A DNA stretch of 64,000 nt from Fimbriosthenelais zetlandica (GCA_977030845.1 OZ365115.1:6324001-6388000), one strand, 5' to 3'; counted from the stretch's first letter, positions 33,400 through 46,418 are shown. Made by a program: numbers and translations. Notes: a model not told the origin generated them from the sequence alone.

Positions 33400-36300
33400 G
33401 TACGTTCTTAGTCTCTCTTAATGATAACTTTTAAAACAATCTAAAAGTTGCACATTTCCTCCAGAAATTAATTCGAAATTTTCCATATCTAGTGACACTG
33501 GAGTTGGCCTACCAGAAAGCTGTATATTCTCCCAGTTCTTCAACATGGCAGCAGCTCTTGGTAAGTAGAATTGTTTGTTCCTGTCAGGGCTCCAGCTACC
33601 GTTCGCATTTCTCGGCAATTAATCAAATATTGGATGGCGACTATGGTCTTGCAGTTGGCTACACAATTGTCTACTTGTTTTGGTATTGACAGGCCACTCC
33701 ATATTTGTCATATACAGAGAACTTCTCTGACAGAGAGCGACCCGGATTAAATGATAGGATTTGGGATATTTAGTGGAGAAGATTATGGTAGTGGGTTCGA
33801 GGCACAGGACGCTGCTGTGTGTCTATAGAAGGACGGGGGTGTAGAGGGAGGTAGTGTAGTTGGAAGATACACCGGGATAGGGGTACTCGTAGACCAGTGC
33901 ATAAAACCAGTGGAGTGTGAAGCTATGACCCAGGCTGTGCTTCGAAGAGTCACCAGGAGTAGGGTGAGAGCATACTAGTAGAAACCAGTGAAGCTTGAAG
34001 CAAGCTCCTGGTAAAACTAAGGGTGAGGGGGTGACTACAAGCTACCAGCTATACCACCACCACCAGGTATACCACCCCTCCCCCAACTTACTGCCCCGCT
34101 GCTCTCAGACTGGGGTGTGTTTGGTTTGGTGGGTTTGGGGCGGGGGTAGCTGGTTGTGGGTTCGAGGCACAGGAGGCTAGCTTTCACACATGCAGCAGAG
34201 GCTCGGTTGTGTCCATTGGAGAGGTGGTCGGGGATTGGGGGGGGGGGGGTAGTTTAGTTGGAAGTAGTTTGGGGTGGGATTAGCTGATCTGGCTTTGAGG
34301 CACAGGACAGGCCTTAGCTTTCACACATTCAGCAGAGGCTCTGCCGTGGATAGGGATAGTGGAGTGAGGGTAGTTTAGTGGAAAGAGACACCTGGGTAGG
34401 GGTACTAGTAGAGATACTGAAGTAGTGCATAAAACCAGTGGAGCGTGATGGTAAAAGCTAAGACCGAGGATGAGCCTCGAACCGGCCACCATGGGAACAA
34501 ATTGATGACGGGGAGAGGGGTCCGGGATGGGGGCAGGGGTGGGAGGTGTGTTACTGATCGTAGCTGGTGGGTGGCTCGAGGCACAAGCTTATTATTTGGA
34601 AACAACAAACCATTCAGGTGAACATGCATTGTACTTCACAAGCACACCAGTCGGTAGAAAGCTTCACAGGGGGTCAAAAGCTAGGACATACGCAGTTCCA
34701 AACACCCCCTCCTCACCACTCCCCACTGGTTAGTCACAGCAGTGATGTCGGGTGAAATCTTCACTAGTCAACTGACACGACCAAAGCAGTTTATTAAACG
34801 ATCTTCGAGTAAGTTTTCGCGGTAGAAATGGCTCCTACATTTTGAGGTGTAGCTGGAGCCCTGCCTGTTTTTAATGATGTAATTTGTATGCTCATTTCCC
34901 GGTTCCATGACTTATATATGCATAATTTTATGAGAAAATAATTCTTCATATTTTATATATTTTCATGTTTGTATTTGTATGCATCTTCTCTTTGATTTTG
35001 GGCATGTAATGCATCTTATTCATGTTCTTTTTCTACGTTTCCGTTACAGCATTAATTGTGATGTACCTTCGTTATAAACTCATCTTTGGACTTACTGAAG
35101 GTGCTTACAGGAAGATTAACACCTTGTCTAAAGTCAACCTCGTCGTCGCCTGCTTTTCTTGTCTAGGTCTTAGTTTCGTGGCCAATTTTCAGGTTAGAAA
35201 CTGTTTCTTTTAATTACTCCGTCTTGCCCCAACTCCTGAAACCAAAGAGTCAAGATTTAGATTTCAAGTTGAATGATTAATATTTGAAATGTGCAAGTCT
35301 GGTTAAAGAACTGTATGGTATTATTTGAGAACAATTTTATATTTTCCGGTGCATTTTAAAATCCTTTCCAATTCCATATCAATTTTATTCATAGGCTTTG
35401 TATATGAAATACCGTACTTATAAGACTGTATCATAGGCATTTTACTTTGATTTGAACAGATAGAAATTGACTTAAAGAAATCATAATTAACAATATTAAA
35501 TGTATTTTCCCTTTCAGGAGACGAGTATAGAACCAGTGCATTTTACTGGAGCTTTCTTAGTGTTTGGTCTGGGAGTGGTGTATGCCTTTATTGACACGAC
35601 CATTTCCTACATCATGTACCCCTATTATAACGGCCTGGCCATCTGCCGAGCTAGACTAGCCATCGGTGTTCTAGGTCTCTTCAGCCTCCTTACATGTATC
35701 CTTTACCATCAAAAGTTATCAATATTTATCAATAATTATTTATATACATTAATTAAATTAATACATTTTTTTTAAATTAGTAAATCTTTTGTTTTATCAC
35801 GAGTTTAATATGGGTTATCACAAGTCTATTCTAAAAGATGAAGAACAATGAATGTCCTAGGTTTGGCAAATATGACGTCTGTTAATTTTTCACTTTTTAA
35901 TTTATTTCTACTGTGAATATGGTATATTGAGGTCTTGCTTAGGAAGTCAAGAAAAATTGGATCAGCAGCTTGTACTATTGGTAGCAAAACAGTTCTAACT
36001 GTGAGGTGTTCCTGCCTTCCTGGCTGTCAGACAGTGAGTCCCCCTACTGGATTTCCCCTTAACTAAGTGATCAGCTGTGATATCTGGTGCTATTTCTCGC
36101 CGCCAGTGGGCAGCAGCGCCGCCCAAAGACCATCAGAGATTACACTGGAAGCCTGATGATCCGGTAAGTCCCAACTGCATACATGCATGCTTTTAAATTT
36201 AAGAAATATTCTTAAGATTAATGTTATACCCTCGTCTCCCCACCTACCTACATTATGTACAGAATTTTGTGACACAAATGGACAGTAAGGTATTTTTTTT

Positions 36301-39300
36301 AATAATTGAAAATTGCAATGAAAGTTGCAATGAAACTGTACTGTACTTGAAACTTGATTACTGTACGCAATTTTATTCATCCACCCATCCATACAATCAT
36401 TCATTCACAGGGCTTGAAATTAACGGTGGTCTTGCATCTTTGCATCCAAAGATTGTCTGAGTTCTGGGTAGTTTGAAAACTGCGTTGGTTTCCTTACTAG
36501 AATTTTATTTCGCATTGATTGACCACAAAACTTAAGTTTAATTTCAAGCTCTGAATTCATCCATCCAATCATTTATTCAATCATTCGTTCGTCTCTTCTA
36601 CATATCCCNNNNNNNNNNNNNNNNNNNNNNNNNNNNNNNNNNNNNNNNNNNNNNNNNNNNNNNNNNNNNNNNNNNNNNNNNNNNNNNNNNNNNNNNNNNN
36701 NNNNNNNNNNNNNNNNNNNNNNNNNNNNNNNNNNNNNNNACTCGTCTGTTACGTCGTACATTCAATCACTCATTCAATCATTCTGTCATCAGTAACTCAA
36801 TAATAAACTATGATAATGTGCAGCTCAGCACTATCAACCTAACCAACTATGGGTCCTTATCACTCAGCCTTTGTGACACACGGGTCAGCTCAGATGACCA
36901 GTGTCCAGTGGCTGACCCTCGTGGCCATGTTTAGATAAGGAACATCTAACACCCACAACTTGTGTCTGGGCGTGTGTGATAGTAACACTGTCAGCATTGA
37001 TACTATCAGTGCCTGTATTATACAAGCCTTATTCAACCTGATACCTAAAGCACAGCTAATTTCACAGCCCAGGCTATTCTTGTTGAACGTGGTACCTATA
37101 GTGCTGCATATATTATGTGCTTTGATTTACTGGGAAATTGTGAAGATATTTATTTACTTTGAATATGGGTAGAAAATGTGGCTGAACAATTCTTGATACT
37201 CCTCAATATATCGTGCTGTTTCATAGGCAAGTGTGGCTTTAAATTTTAAAAGTGCTTTTCCAGTAATGACTCTTCAAGAGGGCAGGTTAAAATAGGGGCT
37301 TTTCCTTCTTCCTCGAAAAGTGAATTTTTGAGGGAGTGGCTGAGAACATGCATGGCCAATAAGTAAATAAGTTAGAAGTTAGGAGGAACGAGCGAGCGAG
37401 CTGTGTCATAAACCATGGTTGGATGAACCAAAAAGGGGAAGAGGAAGTGAGGCCTTCTATGTCTTAGAAAAGAAAAGCCAAAGGTATATCTGACATCTTC
37501 ATATTCAATGAATTCCTGTTTGAATTGAAAGAAAATGTGTCTAATGCGAGAGGGTTAAACATATAGGAATTGCCCATCAAAAATCCTTAATTTCTTGTGG
37601 AATAGTGATAAGAAATTCGACCAATTTTTTCATATTTCATCTGTCTCTGTGTGGAGGAGGTGTATAAGTGTGTGTCCGCGGGGAGTGCCTTTAATATTAT
37701 GACTAAGCATTATGGTAACCAGTTCTAGGAACGAAACCAACACAAAGAGAGTTCATAGCGTACGTTCGTTTGAGTATCTATTTGTTGACTTCTATTAGCT
37801 TTTCTTTCATCCCACTCTCTACCCTTTATGTGCACTAGAATTTATATCAATCGTAGCATGGTCATGAATCATGACAAATGTCATGGCTGAAACCATGTAG
37901 GCCTACTAGAGTCGAGAGATACATGTATGTCTACGTGGTCAAGAATCGGTAGGTCTTTACTGGGACGGTCGCCCTACTTCATTCTGCTACTTCTCTTCCC
38001 TCTCTTCCTACCTCTTCCACTTGAGTGTGTATTTATTTATACAGATGCAGCCTCTCTGCTCTGTTTGTCTAAGACTTCGTTATGTTTGGATCATGTAACC
38101 TCCCTCTTGGCCCCTCCTCCTGTTGATTTTAACAATAGTGGATGGCACCGCCACGGGCAGGATATCAGAGATCAACAATGGTGGACCCAGGTCAAATTTA
38201 CTGCTATCTCTCTTAAAAGTCCCACATCTCTGGCTATCATATCCCGAAGATCAATCTTGAGTCCTTTGTCATATAGGGTGTCTCCGCACAACAGATTCTG
38301 AATGTGTTGGACATACATAGGGCGTCTCTGTAGTTATGTAGGAGACTGAATCCAGTTTGTAGGTCCCAATATGACCCTACTCTGCAGTTGGTTGAACCAA
38401 GACCAGATCTGCAGGAGACCCCGAACTCAATCTGCAGGGTGTTATGCAAGTGTTAATGTTGTGTGCAAAAATTACATGTAGGAACGCCATCTGGAAAATT
38501 AGTTTTATTTTCGTAAAAACTTATGTGTTGAGGATTAGGAATATAATACCTACTGCTTAGGTAATAAATGGAGTGGAACAGATTGAGGGACTGAGGCTGA
38601 TGGTAGTGCAGAAGAGTGAAGGGGGAAGTAGCCCTGGGGAAGTAGCCCTGGGGAAGTTTCTGGAACAGGAAATAATCTGGAACCAGTTCCCCGAGGTGTG
38701 GCTGGGGTTCAAGGTCACATTTGTGACTTTTGTCATGAGCAAACGACGTGAATGCTGGTGTATGTGTGACCCCACTACTAACGACCTCTGTCACACAGTT
38801 GACAAATTGACATCTCTATTGACGGATGTCTGTCTCACTAGTTTACACTTTATGGCCAGCCTTAGTAAGTTGATACTCATCATAGGATTTTTGACACATG
38901 CATCTAGAGGATCACCGGATGTTAGTGTTTGCATCTTTCATGTTTAGTTGCGACATAAAGTTTCAATACTGTCTGATGAGTCGTTTATAGATCAACTACG
39001 TTTTCTAAATGTCTGGATCTCGAATCACTTTGTTTTAGGCTGCCACCATGGCGCCTGCGTTGGTTGAATTTTGTGCAGTATTAATTGAACGATCAGTCTC
39101 CTGATCTACCCAACATACTCAGGGTTCGACCTACCCGAGCGCCATGGTAGCCAATACGACTGTAGACATCAGTTTGGCTATTCATATTTCAATTTGGCTA
39201 TTTTTTTGGCTACTGGATTTTCTATTAACAAATGTAACCGGTAGCCCTTTTTTAAGGGGTTGCGAGCCCCTCTCAATTTCCTAAAAAGGAGTCAAACCTC

Positions 39301-41019
39301 ATAAGTGCCAGGAAGCCATATTATATACATACAATTTTATAAATGCTTTTGGACTTTGGGGCATTTTGCTTAAACACCTTTATCCAAATTTAGTAAAGGT
39401 AGCCCAGATATACCTTCTTTTGCCACCAACTTAGTACATACTGAGCTTGGCTTGAGTTCAGACTATTTGTCCATGACCAAGATTATAATATAACCATTAT
39501 CACTGGGGGCCCTGAAATGAGAGTTTTCAATTTCGTAGGCATATGAAAGGAAGGATAGAAAGACATTTCACCCTTGTTTTGTTAATAAACTTATCGAAGG
39601 GAATTAACGGACTCTCAGAGACTCAGCACTGAAGTGAGATAACTGTACATGTATTATTGACATTCGCATTAATAGACTGATGTTCTAAAAGGGAGAATAC
39701 AAGTATTATGTTATTAAAATGGTAACTTTCCCGTTTTTAATATGGCATCTGGATTATCAATTTGGCTACTGAAAATTTGATTTGGCTACTACTATGGCTA
39801 CCAGCTTCAGGGAGTTAGGTCGAACCCTGATACTGACAGAGTCTTCAGCTAGAGCAAGGAGATTGAGTGCAATCCCCTGAAAACCAACTAAGAATATCCA
39901 GTCTGCACCAGTCATAATACGTCCTTCACCTTGGTGAGGAGAAGAAGGACATGTTGATAAAAGTTGGAAAATCAGAAAGTTTTGCATAAAAAGTAGGAAT
40001 GATCAGTTTGAATCATTTCTACAGCAAATTTTTTCATATCTTATGCATCATTTTCTTTTTAAATAAGCATATAACATAGTGCAGTGATTAACATTTTACT
40101 ATTCTTCAGGAAATCCTTTCACGTTTAGTGAAATCTTATTGAAAGAGGTGTGTCAGTGTGGCTGGGTTCACAGTTCAGTCTCCTCGTGGTTTTTCCTTTC
40201 CACCTTTGACCTTGAACTGACGCTGCGGTGTGGCAATGACGTCACAAGTTTAGCCTTTGCCACCCAACAGGCGGCGGTGTCAGTCATGTATATATGAGAC
40301 TTATGAAATGAGGGAGGGGAGAAGGAAATGTGGACAGGATCTGTGGAGACAGTGGGAGAGGACTGACCCTGGGATGGGATGGGTTCTTTCCCGGGGAGGG
40401 AGGGATTCAATCTCTCTTCCCATCCCTAGGGACTCATTTTGTTCAATTTGGTTTTTGGGATTTTCCCTGTGGTTCCTTTACCCTGCTGCCTGAAGATCAT
40501 CTTTAGATTACTATATATATGCAGGATATGCATCTCCAACACATAATATGTTATTTGTATTAATTGTGAATATGGCAACTCTCCCAGTTTGATTTTGAAT
40601 CAGAAAAATGCATTTCTTTCTTATCATATTCCCATCTCATTCCATCCCATTTCATTTCATCATCTCACACCTGCTTGTTGATGCTTGGATGAAAGCTTTA
40701 ACTTATATTGTTAAAGGTTTTTATCTTTTCTTGCTTTCCCTTTTGAATGAAATATTCATTTTGGACTTGAGTCTGTATGGATTTGTTTGGTTTTTTCCAG
40801 GGCTATGACGCCCATCTGGTAAGCACGTTTGGAGAATGGGGCATGGCTGCGGCCTTCCTATTCTATTATGTCACTTTTGTTCCCGACTTTAACAAATTTC
40901 ACGTTGAAGTCACTCCGATCATTCACGATAGCTCCCAAGAGGTTCCAGATCAACCTGCCCCCATCAGAGATCAGGATCTTCACTCTACAGCTGGCGAACA
41001 CTCACGACTTGTCGTGTGA
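33278..41019 (+). CDS. DRAM2: DRAM-family (DNA damage-regulated autophagy modulator, Frag1/DRAM/Sfk1) protein, 272 aa; join(33278-33399,33493-33560,35050-35192,35518-35695,36075-36163,40801-41019)
   Basis: Six exons in frame (819 nt). Motifs FPYISDTG..PESCIF, LRYK, LGLSFVANFQET, VHFTGAFL.FG.G..Y, RLHWKPDD, GYDAHL.ST..EW. DRAM1 versus DRAM2 orthology is not resolvable by eye. Confidence 0.94.
33493..33560 (+). CDS. DRAM2: DRAM coding exon 2 DTGVGLPESCIFSQFFNMAAAL
   Basis: atctag| and |gtaagt; phase 2-1. Confidence 0.95.
33790..34590. repeat. degenerate G-rich tandem repeat array in DRAM intron 2
   Basis: GTGGGTTCGAGGCACAGG-like heads at 33791, 34156, 34291 and 34571; GTGCATAAAACCAGTGGAG at 33897 and 34425; CTAGCTTTCACACA..CAGCAGAGGCTC twice. 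Confidence 0.8.
35050..35192 (+). CDS. DRAM2: DRAM coding exon 3 ALIVMYLRYK...LGLSFVANFQ
   Basis: gttacag| and |gttaga; phase 1-0. Confidence 0.95.
35518..35695 (+). CDS. DRAM2: DRAM coding exon 4 ETSIEPVHFTGAFLVFGLG...LFSLLT
   Basis: ctttcag| and |GTATCCTTT (U12 donor); phase 0-1. Confidence 0.95.
35696..36074 (+). other. U12-type (minor spliceosome) GT-AG intron, 379 nt
   Basis: 5'ss GTATCCTTT; branch site TTCCCCTTAAC at 36053-36063, about 12 nt before the AG; no polypyrimidine tract. Confidence 0.92.
36075..36163 (+). CDS. DRAM2: DRAM coding exon 5 SVISGAISRRQW...RLHWKPDDP
   Basis: U12 branch CCTTAAC then tcag|; |gtaagt; phase 1-0; LHW.P.D motif. Confidence 0.92.
36609..36739. other. 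assembly gap (131 N) flanked by (TCAT/TCAA)n-like simple repeats
   Basis: Run of N in DRAM intron 5. Confidence 0.99.
38237..38449 (-). mobile_element. possible decayed LINE ORF2 3' end
   Basis: HNTLQIEFG...RIC resembles the H.L.IE.GR...RLC C-terminal motif of CR1/L2-clade ORF2. Confidence 0.25.
39120..39829. mobile_element. non-autonomous DNA transposon (MITE), 710 bp, 14-bp TIR, 5-bp TSD
   Basis: CAGGGTTCGACCTA (39120-39133) and TAGGTCGAACCCTG (39816-39829); ATACT directly flanks both ends; subterminal TTTGGCTA repeats. Confidence 0.85.
40801..41019 (+). CDS. DRAM2: DRAM terminal coding exon GYDAHLVSTFGEW...EHSRLVV*
   Basis: ttttttccag|; phase 0; lies within track ORF 40777-41019. Confidence 0.95.
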   Translation, partial: GYDAHLVSTFGEWGMAAAFLFYYVTFVPDFNKFHVEVTPIIHDSSQEVPDQPAPIRDQDLHSTAGEHSRLVV

Positions 41020-41911
41020 GTGTGAACTCCTTCCAACCTTCATCGCTTCTCTCAGCTCCAGTCATATGTGGGAAGTATATATATACAGTTTCAATAGTAC
41101 TGTCACTTCTCAAATTGTACAAATTTTGAATTGTGCAATGAACATGTATTTTGGCACTCGGGGATGTTAAAAGATGTCTAGAATTTTCCTCCACATGCAC
41201 TGTGATTGCAGTTGAAATATATATGAAGAGTGCTTTGATTATCTGTTGTAGAGGGGTAGGTCGATTATCGCAGAACATTCTGATTATGTCGAGTATATTT
41301 TATCGCTGAGGCATTCAGAATCCATTTGGATATATTTTGGGACCTTTTACAATCCTGCCACTGTACATTATTATGTTAATTGGTTTGTTTGATAATGTAC
41401 ATGTTTAATTTTGATGTAATGGCGGTGTTGCATATTTCGTATTGCAGTATATATATCATCGTAAATTTGTGAAAGAGAAAGCATTTGGCCTATTCTATTT
41501 TATGTACTTCAATGCGAGCCTCTTACGTTACAAGTAATGTGGAACCTGCATATCATGGTGTTTGTCATGAAAATGAAATTTAAAAAAAACAGTGGAAAGG
41601 CGAAGTGTTAGGGTGAAAACCACACTCGGGCCACTGTCACTTTTGTCCTCAGAAAGTTTGGCAAACTGCCAGGACCACCAGTTTTGTTATTTTGTTTAAT
41701 ACTTGATTTAAGTCTTGTGGCGGTATCAATGTGCCTGCTCTGTTATCATTTTTCCATAAAAGGTTATTTTTATATAAGTTAGGGATAGATTTTCATGTTT
41801 TTAGAGGTAATTTGAGAAAATGTCCTTTCACAAAGGAACCCTGGAAATGGAAATTGCGTGTGTTTCAGAACCAACGCCTGTAGCTTGATTATACATGTAT
41901 ATATTATGTGG

Positions 41912-41945
41912 ATAGAACCCTCTCTTGGCCAAGTGAGGGTTCTAT
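41912..41945. repeat. 34-bp near-perfect palindrome
   Basis: ATAGAACCCTC-T-CTTGGCCAAG-T-GAGGGTTCTAT; 16 of 17 pairs complementary. Confidence 0.9.
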
Positions 41946-44900
41946 TTGCTTTAGTCACCGACTTGTGTAAGAACCTCCGCCACCAGTCAGGGAGGTAATT
42001 ATGATCCCAGTAAATGACCGGTTTTGGTAGCTATAATGACCGCATGGTGACTAATGAAATCGAATCAAATTACACATAAACACCAAATAACCAGTAATGC
42101 ATTGTACGCATTTGCATTTATCACGTTGTTTAATATTATCTCAATAATATCCCAGTGTCTGCTTCATAGTTGTTACACCTCTACGGTTCCAAAGTAATTA
42201 TTGAGAACCATTGCTGATAAGGATAAGCTTGAATGTAATAAATAAGGAAATCTTTAATTCACAAACATGTTCAATATTTATCATGTAAAAATAGCCATGC
42301 ATGCCAGGATCATTTGTTCAAGATAATTTTTCTGAAATGGCTGCTGATACGTTGTGTCCAATTAAGACGATACCGAAACTAGTTAACCTTGATATGTGAA
42401 GCTATTTTCGTCATACAATTGTTGTGTAATTAGATTTCTAGGAAAATCTTGAAAGAAAAAAATATGACCAAAGCGTCGGTCTGTTTACCACAAGTGCCTA
42501 ATGACGGTGCTGCTCTATGCTTGTCAGATCTGGGTTGATGGCCGTCTGTAATCTATGCCTGTATGCCCAGTAGCATTGTGAGTTCATTAAATAGACTCGT
42601 GTTGTAGAATACAATCACGCACCCTGCTACTTCACTCACATGTGCCACTAATCTGCGTCCAATTCTCAGGTGTTATGTGATATCTAAGACACTACATGCT
42701 TTACTGGAATTCACACTTTGCCCTGTCAACATCAATGATCTTCTCAAAATAATGTTTTTTTCTTAGTTTCAAGCTATTTGAAACTTTTCAAAACAAATAG
42801 TTTTGTTGGTTCATTGAGAAAGACCAGTGTCTTGAGTTTTTCTCAGTGTCCAAGACTGATGTGTATAATATAAGGCTCAACAAACCTTCCAAAGTTCCTC
42901 AGACATCTTGAGACATCTTGAGGTGTTTTTGAAGCATGACATTTGTCTGTAATACATCTAAGACATTTTTGCATAAACCTTAATGCGTTCGCTTCAGCTA
43001 CCTTGCAATAATGTATCTATACACTTCCGAATGATGTTTATAAGTCCCAGTATTAGTACAGGTCTACTCTGGGATGATTTTAATGGTGGTTCATTTTTTT
43101 ATGCTGAAATATTAAATTTGAACCTAGAGTACCTAATGTAAATTAATAGTCAATTACTAATTATTTCAGGGTGTTTTATGACAAATTCCTTAATTTCCTA
43201 TGGACGTACCATGTACTTGGTTAACTAATCTTCTTGATTACAGTAATAGCATAATCTAGCCTTTCTGCTGCAAACTTGAAGAAATATTTATTGAAGCAAA
43301 TAATTACGATGTTTAATTATGTGACGAAATGTAAAGTTCTACATTTAATTTGTCCACAGTGATTTAATTGGCCATCACTGATTGTCTTGATGCAGCATGC
43401 TCGTGATAAGAATAAAAAACACTTTTGGGATAAAATGTATCATGACATTTTTTCTTGCTGTTTATGTGAAAAACATGTGATTATATTAGGCCTATTCACT
43501 GTATTTTATCTCGATATATGTATGACGTAGCCTACATTATGATACATAATATTAGCTTGTATTATCGTATTAATTATTAGGATATATATTATTTTGTAAT
43601 AATTTATCCATCTTATGATAGATGGAATGACATGGAGTAGGCCCCACAGAGGCAATCCAGGGACGCCTTTAAATTTAACGTAAATATGCCACATTGTACA
43701 TCTGTAATTCCAGAAGCCAATTATTACCATCGTTAAATATTGTAACCAACACAATCATTCATGATAATATCTCATGTTATCAGCTGTAATTAGTGATACC
43801 AGGGATGATTATGGTAATGACTACTGGTGGGGAAATCTCCGGGTTATCTGTGTTATCATTGGGAAGTGTGAGGGTAGGCCTATAGTACAGCAGTGGTGAC
43901 ACGGCTGATATCATCCGCCCTCTACCGGTCACCCGTGTCATGACCTTTACTCTGATGTAAGGCAGCAAGTGGCGAGGTGACGTTACTATAGGAACTGGCG
44001 TCCATATCTGTCACTACTTCTCCCCCGTCACATGAAAGGCGAGACAAGTGACAAATATATCAACCCTGTCTTCTTCATGGCCTTTGAACATGGAAACCAC
44101 AGAATTGTACGAGTACTGAAACGTATCCTCCTTTTCTATCTATTTTAACTGATTGTTACCCTCTGTTTTCTTTTGTGATACGATAAGCAATTAGAGATTT
44201 TATCAGAACTGTTAAAATATCAAAATTATTAAATATTAAAAAAAATATATTCACTTATCTGCAGTGAATAACGGGTAACCTTCATGGGACCTGTTTCATC
44301 ACCAAAAATATGCGACGTGAAAATATACTATCATTGGTAAATCTGAATTAGTGTAGTGCTTCATTTTTTTTCTGAAACTGGTCCCTGTGATTGAGGTTTA
44401 GGGTAGGGGTCTGGTGACCCATGGACAAAGTGTTCATGAACTCTAGATGCTAATATTATGGTAAATAGCTGACGTTGGTATTTACCATGGTTGATTTTCA
44501 TTGTTTAAAGTTAAGGAAATGCTGACAACCCATTCAGGACTCCCACATGTGGGTAGAGACCCTGGAATATTACACTGTATGTCCGGTAAAACGGGAAGAT
44601 AACATGCGAAAAATAGGATGAATGATATCAGGTATTATATAATGTACATGAGTCGAGATGGGGAATGCACACATGCGTGGGAGTAGGACTTAGCCTTATG
44701 AGGGATAATTAATATATTGATAAAATATCGTTTAAACACATTAAATGTCATGCAAACATATAGTGCAATTCAAATAAATATTAAGTGTTTTCCTGGATAA
44801 AATGTAAAAAAGGTTATAATTTAATTTAAATTAAAGTAGCATGGGAAATAGCTTCAAATAGTCAGACATTTAATGAAGTAATTTTCAATTAATTTTTGTA

Positions 44901-46179
44901 CAATTACTGGAGGTAGTAGACTGTATCATAAATGAAGGGGGTGGATTAATTGATCCGCTGTGTTTTAACAGATTTACCATACCACACAAACTGGTGTCTA
45001 GACTTTACAGCTTTTTCTCTGACAAATGTTAACAAACATATCTTCCACAAAATGACACACAACATGAAAAATCTGATGAAGATTGATCAGTCCTAATGTC
45101 CAAGACAAAGTGAGCCCTTGTGGAAGCTAACTTGTCCCTGTCTTCAGACATAAATATCTTTACTGTTGTGTTTAGAACCTCTCTAGAAAATAGATATTTC
45201 ACGAGCAGCGGGTGAGAATTGTTGTGTTTTCTGGCTGTCAGTTTTGTGTTGTGAGAGGAATGCATTCATTGGTGGTCTATGATTATGTTGTAAAACAGTA
45301 TGTCAGTGTTGGCACTTTACATATTGGTGCATGGTCACAGTGACAAGACGTTTTTGTATACATCGAGTAGTGAGGTGGGGGGCTATGTGGTCACCATACA
45401 TAGAAACGGGTGTCACTGGTGCCAGGTACTTCAATTTACAAAGTTGGAAACAATTATTTATTCTCAAGATTTCCAAGAGAAGTAGCCTAGCTCTATTACT
45501 CTATTTCTGCGTATCAAACCTGATTTGTGGTTATTTCCTGATTTTGTTCAGCTGTTTGTCCATTCTTGGTTTTGTTTGTTACTCCATTCTTACCCATCCG
45601 TCCACTCAAATCTCCACCATTTCCCTCCTATATATTTTACTTCCCTTCCTTCACCCCTTCGCCATTATTACAATATAGCCGTATTTATATAGTGGCTGAC
45701 CTTTTCATTCCTTGAGCATTTGACATACTTAATATTTATTCTCTCCCTCCTGAGTCATGGATGGCTCTTTCCAGTTTTAATTCTTTACCTTAACTCAGTT
45801 TTTCCTTCCCCTATCATTATGAATGTTTGTAGCTATTTTTGTAACATTAGCAAGCACCTGTAGACCACATAGCTTAGCCACAAACTATGCACCTTCCTAG
45901 AAGTGTGACCAAGGAGAATACTTCAATGGTTTAGGTGGGTGTCCATTGATTTACAATGGCTCTGTGGTTCACCAGGAAAAAAATTAAAGTTTGGACTATC
46001 TCATTCTGAGGTTTTCCTGCACTACAGTGCTAAAGCAAATTTGCTATTTGTTGATGTTACACTTCCAATTACATGCACAATACCTGTAAGGATTTTCAGA
46101 ATGTTGGAATGTGAGTTTCTGGAGAAAAGATTGCCTGGGGTGATTCCAGAAATGAAGGGTGGTGGATTGGGTACAGTGG

Positions 46180-46300
46180 ATAGATGTTTGGATTTCTGAA
46201 TGGATGGGTGGATAATTGATAGGTTATCATTGGATGGATGGATAGAAATGGATTGATATGAAGGTGCATCTATGGATGGGTGTATGGTTGGATGGAAATA
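46180..46300. repeat. (TGGA)n-like degenerate microsatellite
   Basis: Repeated tgga/tggatg units; the complementary (TCCA)n tract is at about 50790-50950. Confidence 0.75.
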
Positions 46301-46418
46301 TGGGCAAATTAAGGAAACAAAGCTGTTATATAGGTTGTCTTTTATTATACATAAATGACCAAGGATCAGCATTATGTCACATTGAACAGCCTAATCAATC
46401 TACCATAGACATATTAAC

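Noticed and set aside
33791-33808. GTGGGTTCGAG resembling a tRNA B-box
   Set aside because: No A-box at the correct spacing and no cloverleaf; part of a tandem repeat.
36573-36761. Track ORF spanning Ns
   Set aside because: Artefact of the assembly gap.
37927-38947. 100-124 aa ORFs inside DRAM intron 5
   Set aside because: No recognisable domain and no coherent splice chain; at most decayed retroelement sequence.
43772-44140. Frame interrupted only by TGA codons (selenoprotein idea)
   Set aside because: No selenoprotein motif or SECIS seen; three TGAs in a short GC-richer stretch are explicable by chance.
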